Source of the DNA: Nitrosospira multiformis ATCC 25196
Lineage (GTDB): Bacteria > Pseudomonadota > Gammaproteobacteria > Burkholderiales > Nitrosomonadaceae
DNA length: 32,000 bases
Assembly (NCBI RefSeq): GCF_000196355.1
Contig: NC_007614.1
Coordinates: forward strand, 1,740,001-1,772,000
Reading direction: 5' to 3'
Position 1 is the first letter of the stretch, and each line of letters starts with the position of its first letter. Of this stretch, positions 6,817-13,612 are shown piece by piece. The notes under the pieces were generated by a model. That model saw only the letters and a program-made list of their open reading frames with translations, was not told the origin of the DNA and did no database searches. The translations under genes and the position numbers were made by a program.

Positions 6817-9714
6817 TTGCATACATCCGAACAAAATAAAAAAGACTCATATCAGCAATCCATTCAAGAACTGGTCTCCGCCTACGAAGCGGATACCCGG
6901 CTGGGCTTGAGCGAGACGGAAGCCTTGGCACGACTGGAGAGATACGGCAGAAATGAGCTGCCAGCCGGAAAAGTTATTCCCCGCTGGCAAAAATTTCTCG
7001 CTCAGTTCCAGAATGTACTGGTTATCCTTCTGCTGATTGCAACGGCAATTTCGGCAGGTCTGTGGCTTTATGAACGTGAATCCGCTTTACCTTACGAGGC
7101 AATCGCTATCTTTGCGGTGGTGCTGCTCAATGCGCTCATGGGTTACATTCAGGAATCCAGAGCGGAAGAAGCAGTCGCTGCCTTACGTCGGATGTCGGCA
7201 GCGCGTGCCAAGGTCGTCCGCGACGGTGTACAGCGTTCGGTTATTGCGGCAGAACTGGTGCCCGGCGATATCATTCTCGTTGAAGAAGGCGATACCATCC
7301 CTGCGGACGCACGGCTCATTCAAACCACCGCACTACAAACGTCTGAAGCGGCACTTACCGGCGAGAGTTTGCCTGTGTCCAAGGATACCGGGCTCATCAC
7401 GGAACCGTCGGAGCTTGGGGACCGCCATAATATGATCTTTAGTGGGACTACCGTTACTTTCGGCCGTGCGTATGCGCTGGTGGTGGCAATCGGTGCGCAA
7501 ACCCAGATGGGGCGTATCGCAGGAATGTTGGCAATGGTGCCGCCAGAGACAACGTTGTTGCAGAAAGAACTTGCGCATATCGGCAAGCTCCTGGGAATAA
7601 TCGTGATGGCAATCGCCATCATAATGATTACCACGATTATTCTCATAGGGAAGGTAAGCAGTCTGGCTGTACTTATGGATGTCCTCATACTGGGAGTAGC
7701 CCTCGCTGTTGCCGCCATACCCGAAGGCTTGCCTGCCGTGGTAACAGCCGTACTTGCCCTGGGCGTCCAACGCATGGCATGCAGAAATGCAATAGTACGT
7801 CATCTCCCTGCAGTCGAAACGCTGGGTTCCGCAACCATTATCGCTTCCGACAAAACAGGCACCCTGACAAAAAATGAGATGACAGTGCGGGTAGTCATTA
7901 CGGCAAGTGGACGCATCGAAATGACAGGTACCGGCTATTCACCCAAAGGCGAGGTGCGCAGCTGCAGCCCTGGGAATAATGACTATCCGGATAATTTCCC
8001 TCAAGCTGATCCAGGTGTCATGGAAGAAGATAAAGCGAGTGGGAGGATTGAAGGCGCGTTGCGACATGAGCTTGAATGGGCTCTGGCCATTGCCGACAGA
8101 GCCAGTAACGCTGTATTGCAGCATAATGCGGATGGATGGAGGGTAGAGGGTGATCCGACCGAAGGAGCGCTTATCGTCGCGGCGCGCAAGGCAGGACTGG
8201 AGGCTGATGCACTGGATGCACGATTCGAGCGTGTGGGCGAACTTCCCTTCACCTCGGAGCGTAAATTGATGACGACACTACATGCCAATAAAAAAAAACG
8301 CGAATGCCTGCTCGTCTTTACCAAGGGCGCGCCTGATGCATTGCTCACCCGCTGCTCCCTTGAACTGGTAGGGGAAGAAACCAGAGCGCTAACTCCGGAG
8401 CGACGCAGTGAGATCCTGAAGCTGAATGAGGAATTGGCAGCTGAGGCATTACGTTCTCTCGGTGTCGCGTTCCGATCCCTCCCTGCTGATGCGTTCGAAG
8501 CCGATAGAGCGGACGAAAGCATCGAGTACAACCTTGTATTCGTAGGGTTGATCGGCATGCTCGATCCTCCACGCGAGGAAGCCAAAAATGCCGTTAGTCG
8601 GGCAAAGGCCGCCGGTATCAGACCGATAATGATCACGGGCGATCATCCTGTAACTGCAACCGTTATTGCCGCTCAGTTGGGAATAGCTGAAGACAGGCGG
8701 GTTGTTACAGGTGCAAAACTCGAGCAACTCTCGGATGAGGAGCTTGATCGCACTGTAAAGGAAGTTTCCGTGTATGCGCGCGTAAACCCGGAGCATAAGC
8801 TTCGTATTGTCAAAGCGCTCCAGAGAGGGGGTGAAGTCACTGCAATGACGGGGGACGGCGTAAACGATGCGCCTGCCCTGAAAACTTCGGATATTGGAGT
8901 GGCCATGGGAATCACAGGGACGGATGTCTCCAGGGAAGCGGCTGACATGGTTCTCACGGACGACAATTTTGCGTCGATCGTGGCGGCGGTGGAAGAAGGC
9001 CGCACCATTTTTTCCAATATTCGAAAATTTTTACGCTATCTGCTCTCGTCCAATATAGGAGAAGTACTGGTGATGTTTTTCGGCGTACTGCTTGCAAATA
9101 TCATCGGATTGCAGACGGAGGATGGGCTTATTGTGCTGCCCCTGCTGGCAACGCAACTTCTGTGGATTAATTTCGTAACCGATGGAGCGCCTGCCCTCGC
9201 GCTGGGCGTCGATCCACCAGGTGCTCATGTGATGCGCAGACCTCCCCGGGCAAAGGGAGAACGTGTAATAACACCTGAAATGTGGTTCGGCATCGCCTTT
9301 GTAGGTGTAATCACGGCAATAGGAACGCTGCTGGTGATCGATGCCTGCCTTCCGCAAGGCCTTATAGAAGGCGCGGGCAGCATACCCTATGCGCAGACAA
9401 TGGCTTTCAATACCCTGGTATTGTTTTCCCTCTTTAATGTCCTGAATGCGCGTTCTGATAAACAGAGTGCATTCGTCGGTTTATTCTCCAATAAATGGCT
9501 ATGGAGCGCGATCCCGCTTTCGCTTCTGCTGCAGGTCGCTGTAATTTACGTGCCATTTCTACAGCACGCATTCTCTACCGTCAGCCTGAGTCTGCGCGAC
9601 TGGCTGCTTTGCGCAGGGGTAGCAAGTTCCGTGCTGTGGTTGCGTGAATTGAGCAAATTGATATACCGTGCAGCGAGCCAAGCCTCTCGTTCCCCAGTAG
9701 CTCAGCAGCCCTAG
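6817..9714 (+). CDS. P-type cation-transporting ATPase (P2/Ca2+-ATPase-like)
   Basis: The TGES, PEGLP, DKTGTLT and TGDGVNDAPAL motifs are all present, and the N-terminus reads LSETEALARLERYGRNELP. A TTG start at 6817 is preceded by AGGAAG; there is no in-frame ATG nearby. Confidence 0.9.
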   Translation: MHTSEQNKKDSYQQSIQELVSAYEADTRLGLSETEALARLERYGRNELPAGKVIPRWQKFLAQFQNVLVILLLIATAISAGLWLYERESALPYEAIAIFAVVLLNALMGYIQESRAEEAVAALRRMSAARAKVVRDGVQRSVIAAELVPGDIILVEEGDTIPADARLIQTTALQTSEAALTGESLPVSKDTGLITEPSELGDRHNMIFSGTTVTFGRAYALVVAIGAQTQMGRIAGMLAMVPPETTLLQKELAHIGKLLGIIVMAIAIIMITTIILIGKVSSLAVLMDVLILGVALAVAAIPEGLPAVVTAVLALGVQRMACRNAIVRHLPAVETLGSATIIASDKTGTLTKNEMTVRVVITASGRIEMTGTGYSPKGEVRSCSPGNNDYPDNFPQADPGVMEEDKASGRIEGALRHELEWALAIADRASNAVLQHNADGWRVEGDPTEGALIVAARKAGLEADALDARFERVGELPFTSERKLMTTLHANKKKRECLLVFTKGAPDALLTRCSLELVGEETRALTPERRSEILKLNEELAAEALRSLGVAFRSLPADAFEADRADESIEYNLVFVGLIGMLDPPREEAKNAVSRAKAAGIRPIMITGDHPVTATVIAAQLGIAEDRRVVTGAKLEQLSDEELDRTVKEVSVYARVNPEHKLRIVKALQRGGEVTAMTGDGVNDAPALKTSDIGVAMGITGTDVSREAADMVLTDDNFASIVAAVEEGRTIFSNIRKFLRYLLSSNIGEVLVMFFGVLLANIIGLQTEDGLIVLPLLATQLLWINFVTDGAPALALGVDPPGAHVMRRPPRAKGERVITPEMWFGIAFVGVITAIGTLLVIDACLPQGLIEGAGSIPYAQTMAFNTLVLFSLFNVLNARSDKQSAFVGLFSNKWLWSAIPLSLLLQVAVIYVPFLQHAFSTVSLSLRDWLLCAGVASSVLWLRELSKLIYRAASQASRSPVAQQP

Positions 9715-9792
9715 AGTACAGCGGCCGCACCAACTGCGGTTACTTCATGTTTTATTTTACGTCGCGGAAAGACAGCATTCTGCTGTTCGTTC

Positions 9793-10077
9793 TTAATTTC
9801 TGATAGATGGCTCGGTCCGCACACCTTCATCTGGCGTAGCCCACTTAGTCGCTGCTTTAATATTATTTTCAGCACGGCTCGCATTGACACAATCGGGCGT
9901 CGCATCCAGCATGCGCGGACTCGTCATGCAATCTTTTAGCTTTGCAGCTCGTTCCGTTGCATGCGATTCATACCAATCAACGGATCTGACGTCTTCCTGC
10001 TCGGGGCGGATATCGCATCCGGCAAGTATTGCTATCACGCATCCGCTCATTCCTACTGAAATAATAGTCTTTCTCAT
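9793..10077 (-). CDS. Small lipoprotein resembling TrbK/EexN-type entry-exclusion lipoproteins
   Basis: 94 aa with the lipobox ILAGC. The mature part, SVDWYESHATERAAKLKDCMTSPRMLDATPDCVNASRAE, matches my recollection of the conserved W-x-ER-x-L-x-C...TP-x-C-x-NA pattern of conjugative-element exclusion lipoproteins. Confidence 0.5.
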   Translation of the reverse strand: MRKTIISVGMSGCVIAILAGCDIRPEQEDVRSVDWYESHATERAAKLKDCMTSPRMLDATPDCVNASRAENNIKAATKWATPDEGVRTEPSIRN

Positions 10078-10412
10078 ATTTAAATTCTTCGGAGTAGATT
10101 ATCCGTGATACACCAGAGCGATAATCACGGTTATGTCCGTGTTCATACCGCTTGAGAATTGCATAAATCGGCGGGCTAATTCTGTGCGGTGGCGTACCAA
10201 GCCGAAGGAAGGCAGAATCGTTACAAAACTTCGTTCCGACGGTTCGAATCTTCCACAATACGCACTGTTGATGTGGCATAAGTGGAGGTTTAACCGGGAT
10301 AGGGTGGATTTTCACGATTCATGGGGTAGTGGGGCATGTCTTGAAGGAAGATTGCCCATGGAGCGAGCGAGTGCATAGGAAAGTTTTTAAAAGAAGTAAT
10401 CAACGCCACCGG

Positions 10413-10470
10413 CGAAAGCGAAAACCAGGATCGAGCCGGGGCAAGATGTCTACCGCACACCAGCTCGATC
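10413..10470 (-). terminator. Possible intrinsic terminator after the 174-aa regulator-like gene
   Basis: On the minus strand, GATCGAGC (25-nt loop) GCTCGATC is followed by CTGGTTTTCGCTTTCG. The large loop makes it only moderately convincing. Confidence 0.35.
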
Positions 10471-10489
10471 TTCTTCTGGTCTGGTCCAA

Positions 10490-11014
10490 TTAAGCCATTT
10501 CACTGGCCGCCGGGCTCCGCAGTAGGCCGCGGCTTTCCATCTCCCTCTGCAACATATCCATCGCCTGATCATGAATCAGATCGAGCGCGTCATAACCGCG
10601 ATTACGCAATGAGGCCGCCTTGAGCATTCCACAGGCCATCGTTTTCCTGATTTCACGCAATCCAATCTTTTGGCCACAGTAGGCGCGAATTATCTGCTCG
10701 ATACCCCTGCGATGATGAATTCCTGTCCCAAAATTTGCAGCAAGGTGCCGACTGAGCAGATCGAAGCCACTCGCTTCCCGGCCGAACTGAACATTTATGT
10801 AAGCCATATGCAGTTCAGATAATATGCGATTACATAAGCTTAGAATCAGCGCCGCTTGTGCGTGAAGATCGTGCGCAGTCAATTCACCATGTGCGCCACT
10901 CTCCCCTGCCCTGTCAGGGCCGCGCATCGCGTTAACCGATGAGATTCTCACGATTGGACGACTGGTGGTTTCATACGCCCAGCTCAATGCATGCTGCGGA
11001 TCATTAAATTTCAT
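10490..11014 (-). CDS. Hypothetical regulator-like protein (174 aa); faint resemblance to phage Q-type antiterminators or sigma region 4
   Basis: ATG start with a weak AAGGGA RBS. It has a helical composition and a C-terminal HTH-like stretch (IGLREIRKTMACGMLKAASLRNRGYDAL). The family assignment is a guess. Confidence 0.55.
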   Translation of the reverse strand: MKFNDPQHALSWAYETTSRPIVRISSVNAMRGPDRAGESGAHGELTAHDLHAQAALILSLCNRILSELHMAYINVQFGREASGFDLLSRHLAANFGTGIHHRRGIEQIIRAYCGQKIGLREIRKTMACGMLKAASLRNRGYDALDLIHDQAMDMLQREMESRGLLRSPAASEMA

Positions 11015-11450
11015 TTGTCATATTCCCTTTTTGAAAAAATGTACAACGAACGCCGTGTTTTTGCCCTTTTTCACAGAACTCCAGGTTATTCCACCCCATT
11101 CGGATTCGATTCATGCCGGCAGCCGTGGCATGATCGGGTTTGCCTGCGCTCTGCAACCGCTTCCGGATCTCCATACTCCCAATGCTCAAGAGGCAAGCGC
11201 ATATCGTTCTTCTTGGTGTCTGGTCTTCTGATACCTGTTCTCATTCGTTACGCTCCGGTTCCTTAAAATTTGCACTATGGTGTGGTTGTCCTTGTATGAA
11301 TGCCTGTGCCACAGGTGGGTGTTAATAGTTACCCGATACGTCTATAGTCATTCAGAGTGCAAAGCCATTTGCTTGACGGTAAATGGCTCTGCTTCATGAT
11401 TCCTTGGTGAAAGTGAACCTTTCTTGCTTGAAGATTTCCAATGAAGGATA

Positions 11451-11479
11451 TTATTACAAGTTTTACTTGTATATGTCAA
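11451..11479 (-). promoter_or_regulatory. Leftward sigma70-type promoter (P-left): TTGACA-N17-TAATAA
   Basis: The minus strand reads cacTTGACAtaTACAAGTaaaACTTGTAATAAt. The -35 is at 11474-11479 and the -10 at 11451-11456. Operator O1 fills the spacer. Confidence 0.6.
11455..11471. promoter_or_regulatory. Operator O1: 17-bp palindrome TACAAGT-ttt-ACTTGTA
   Basis: Perfect 7+7 inverted repeat, centred at 11463. Confidence 0.65.
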
Positions 11480-11491
11480 GTGAAACTTGTA
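11475..11491. promoter_or_regulatory. Operator O2: gtCAAGT-gaa-ACTTGTA
   Basis: The right half is 7/7 and the left half 5/7 against the consensus. Its centre at 11483 is 20 bp from O1. It overlaps the -35 of P-left. Confidence 0.55.
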
Positions 11492-11498
11492 AGCGGGA

Positions 11499-11515
11499 TG
11501 CAAGAATTGCTTGTA
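11499..11515. promoter_or_regulatory. Operator O3 (degenerate): TgCAAGa-att-gCTTGTA
   Basis: 5/7 plus 6/7 match to the consensus. Its centre at 11507 is 24 bp from O2. It overlaps the -10 of the rightward promoter. Confidence 0.45.
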
Positions 11516-11519
11516 TTAT
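11514..11519 (+). promoter_or_regulatory. -10 element TATTAT of the rightward promoter for the XRE gene; no recognisable -35
   Basis: The 12-mer CTTGTATTATG is shared with promoter P-B at 13049-13060. The ATG of the XRE gene starts 7 nt after the -10. Confidence 0.5.
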
Positions 11520-11525
11520 GATGGC

Positions 11526-12080
11526 ATGGACATAGCGCGGATAATTCGCGAGGGACGCGAAAAGCTTAAATTGAACCAGTCGGAGCTGGCCGAGCTTGTG
11601 GGCGTGTCTCCACAGGCGGTTCAGCAGTGGGAATCTGGCGCTACACAACCGCGCGGGAAAAGACTGAACAAGATCGCAGAAGTGCTCAAGCTGCCCCCGG
11701 CGATGATGCATTTCGGAATGTCACTGGAAGTTCCGGCTGCGCCTGATGCTGCAGTATCGCGTCAACCGGAGAATCCGGGACGTGGAACTCGAGGTACCTC
11801 TCCCCGCGTCACTGAGAAACCGGTTTCGGAGAACGATGCACTTATCAATCAGGTTGTCGAAGCAATGCGGCGCATGTCTAAAGAAGATGCAGCGCGACTG
11901 GTAACAATAAGCAAGGCGCTGGTAGGTGAAACAGTTACCGAAGTGGCTGAGGCGGTTCCTTCGGTAGATCTGAAACCTCTACCGGTACCGGATCTGCCTC
12001 CTCATCCCCCTCCAGCTTTTCCTCCGCGTCGGATGTCCGAGAGTAGAACGAAGGTCAGGGGAAAGACGGCAATCAGATAG
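11526..12080 (+). CDS. XRE-family (CI/Cro-type) HTH transcriptional regulator with a Pro-rich C-terminal tail and no S24 peptidase domain
   Basis: The N-terminus MDIARIIREGREKLKLNQSELAELVGVSPQAVQQWESGATQPRGKRLNKIAEVL is a textbook XRE HTH. The C-terminal 120 aa lack the Ala-Gly/GDSM LexA-type signatures and end with PLPVPDLPPHPPPAFPPRR. Confidence 0.8.
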   Translation: MDIARIIREGREKLKLNQSELAELVGVSPQAVQQWESGATQPRGKRLNKIAEVLKLPPAMMHFGMSLEVPAAPDAAVSRQPENPGRGTRGTSPRVTEKPVSENDALINQVVEAMRRMSKEDAARLVTISKALVGETVTEVAEAVPSVDLKPLPVPDLPPHPPPAFPPRRMSESRTKVRGKTAIR

Positions 12081-12291
12081 GCGGCACCTTTCCAGGCATG
12101 GAACGGATCGCCGCAAAAATGACAGACGCCGAAGCTGACGCTGTTGGAGTAGCATGTTTATAAAAAGAAAAGATACATAAGGAAATACAGAATATATTTG
12201 CGTCACCCACTCTGATTATCATCGGATAATAGAAGAGTTGGCGCCTTATAATAATCTGGACCAGAGATACGCCAGTAACACTCCTGCCCTC

Positions 12292-12513
12292 ATGAGACCA
12301 TTAGCAAATAGACTGCCGTATGACAGTACGGAGATGCTGCTCGCCTTTCATGTATCAGAAAAGGCACGTGCAAAACGTGACAGATACATCATGCAATTCC
12401 CCGAGGAGTCGCGGGAACTGGAAAAAAGGAGGTATACACTTGAGCAGGCAGTAAAGGAAGTGCTGGGTGAAGTAGCGGAAGTCGCATTGCTTATCCGGGA
12501 ACTGGAGAGCTGA
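12292..12513 (+). CDS. Hypothetical small protein (73 aa from ATG; 91 aa if the TTG at 12238 is used)
   Basis: The C-terminal half looks helical/coiled-coil (EESRELEKRRYTLEQAVKEVLGEVAEVALLIRELES). There is no clear RBS and the start is uncertain. Confidence 0.4.
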   Translation: MRPLANRLPYDSTEMLLAFHVSEKARAKRDRYIMQFPEESRELEKRRYTLEQAVKEVLGEVAEVALLIRELES

Positions 12514-12599
12514 TTCGAAGGCCGAAGTTCTGTACAAATAACCTATTGATTGGATTATATCTTTTTCCCTTTTCGCCTTTTTATCGATCAGGAATTCAT

Positions 12600-12926
12600 A
12601 TGAAATATCTTATGGTTGTCTTGCTCAGCATGTGGGTGCTCTCTTCGTGTGTTATCACGGGAAAAATGTCAGGTATCCGGGAAGGCATGACAAAAGAGCA
12701 AGTGATAAGCATCGCGGGTAATCCGGATGGCTATCAGCGCAGTGGCGATTATGAGGCGTTGCTTTATATCGATCGTCGGCACTCCTGGTCCTTGTTCGGT
12801 GGACCCTATCGGGATGCTGTTGATTATTCGGTCATCCTTCGTGATGATCAGGTGATGGAGTTCGGCCCAGGCAGAACGCATGAGCGCCAGGCTGAAGTTC
12901 CTTTCGTCAGGGTTCCGGGCCGTTAA
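12600..12926 (+). CDS. Lipoprotein with a BamE/SmpA-OmlA-like motif
   Basis: AGGA lies 7 nt upstream of the ATG. The signal peptide MKYLMVVLLSMWVLSSC carries the lipobox LSSC. GMTKEQVISIAGNPDG is the hallmark start of the SmpA_OmlA fold. Confidence 0.7.
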   Translation: MKYLMVVLLSMWVLSSCVITGKMSGIREGMTKEQVISIAGNPDGYQRSGDYEALLYIDRRHSWSLFGGPYRDAVDYSVILRDDQVMEFGPGRTHERQAEVPFVRVPGR

Positions 12927-13018
12927 CCTGCATTTATCCGTATTTCCCACGACTTCCAGCGATTGCCCGACCCCGATCCTTTCAAAACCCAGCCCCTTCC
13001 TTCCCTCCAATACTTGTT

Positions 13019-13035
13019 TACAAGTTTATCTTGAC
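13019..13035. promoter_or_regulatory. Operator OB1: TACAAGT-tta-tCTTGac, overlapping the -35 of P-B
   Basis: The left half is 7/7 and the right half 4/7, centred at 13027. An extra ACTTGT half-site at 13012-17 makes ACTTGTttACAAGT. Confidence 0.45.
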
Positions 13036-13059
13036 AATTACAAGTAATACTTGTATTAT
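13031..13059 (+). promoter_or_regulatory. Rightward consensus sigma70 promoter (P-B): TTGACA-N17-TATTAT
   Basis: The sequence reads atcTTGACAatTACAAGTaatACTTGTATTATg. It is near-identical in sequence and register to P-left (11451-11479, minus strand). Confidence 0.65.
13039..13055. promoter_or_regulatory. Operator OB2: perfect 17-bp palindrome TACAAGTA-a-TACTTGTA
   Basis: 8+8 perfect inverted repeat, centred at 13047 and 20 bp from OB1. It occupies the -35/-10 spacer of P-B. Confidence 0.65.
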
Positions 13060-13066
13060 GCTTTCC

Positions 13067-13108
13067 ATGTTGCAGCGCCACAGTTGATCGGTCCTGGTGT
13101 TGCAACAT
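13067..13108 (+). other. 14-bp stem-loop at the predicted 5' end of the P-B transcript
   Basis: ATGTTGCAGCGCCA (13067-13080) pairs with TGGTGTTGCAACAT (13095-13108): 12 Watson-Crick and 2 G-U pairs with a 14-nt loop. No U-tract follows, so it is not a terminator. Confidence 0.5.
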
Positions 13109-13286
13109 CCGTGAAACAGACGTGCAGCCTGCCTCAGGCATAGCCTCGATCGAGTAAGGCCCTCAGGGCGTCGAAAGACAAGCGGTCAGGGAAGGGAAAG
13201 GCACAAAGAAATATCCAGGCCGTGCCTGGCGCGGAAATTGAACCCGATCTGAAAGGGTAAACCAGGGTAGAGCAAGGGAGGGCGTG

Positions 13287-13541
13287 ATGGGAAACGGGGT
13301 GGGGCGATGGATGAACTGGATGGCAGCGTGGACCGAACATTGTCCCGCCCCCCTTGATCTCTCGGATAGCGAGATACTCGACTGGTTAAGCGAATACTGC
13401 GACCAGGCCGTCTATAATCATCCGACATCGCAATCCTGCGGCGGCTTCACTCTCTATTGCGATGAAATCAGAAGCAGCGCCTCCACATTGCGGGAAGCAG
13501 TTTGTCTCGCGGCGGCGAAGTGGAGGGAGGCAAATGATTAG
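13287..13541 (+). CDS. Hypothetical small protein (84 aa)
   Basis: GGGAGGG lies 8 nt upstream of the ATG at 13287. The protein is Trp/Cys-containing and non-repetitive; I recognise no family. Confidence 0.5.
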   Translation: MGNGVGRWMNWMAAWTEHCPAPLDLSDSEILDWLSEYCDQAVYNHPTSQSCGGFTLYCDEIRSSASTLREAVCLAAAKWREAND

Positions 13542-13612
13542 ACGTTTTCCGGTACTGCCACTATCTGCTCGCAATATCCAAAAACTTTAATACAGTCTTG
13601 TCAGACGAGCTG

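Noticed and set aside
8001-8636. 211-aa minus-strand ORF, plus several 100-150-aa ORFs on both strands, within 7037-9357
   Set aside because: All lie inside the P-type ATPase CDS, which carries every canonical motif. Their Ser/Ala/Arg-rich shadow-frame composition is not protein-like.
10236-10256. tRNA T-loop-like GGTTCGAATC, a possible tRNA remnant or island attachment site
   Set aside because: The flanking bases do not form a T-stem (GACGG versus CTTCC), and no acceptor, D or anticodon arms can be folded around it. No matching direct repeat exists at the other end of the accessory block.
9977-10378. ORFs of 112 aa (-) and 81 aa (+) in the gap next to the lipoprotein gene
   Set aside because: The minus ORF overlaps the lipoprotein gene out of frame. 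Both have Arg/Pro/His-rich composition, no RBS and no family resemblance.
12215-12252. ATTATC-N4-GATAAT palindrome resembling a Fur box, followed by a perfect TATAAT (12247-12252)
   Set aside because: The hexamer arrangement and spacing do not fit the 19-bp Fur consensus (GATAATGATAATCATTATC), and there is no -35. It may be an internal promoter for the 12292 ORF, but the evidence is too thin to call.
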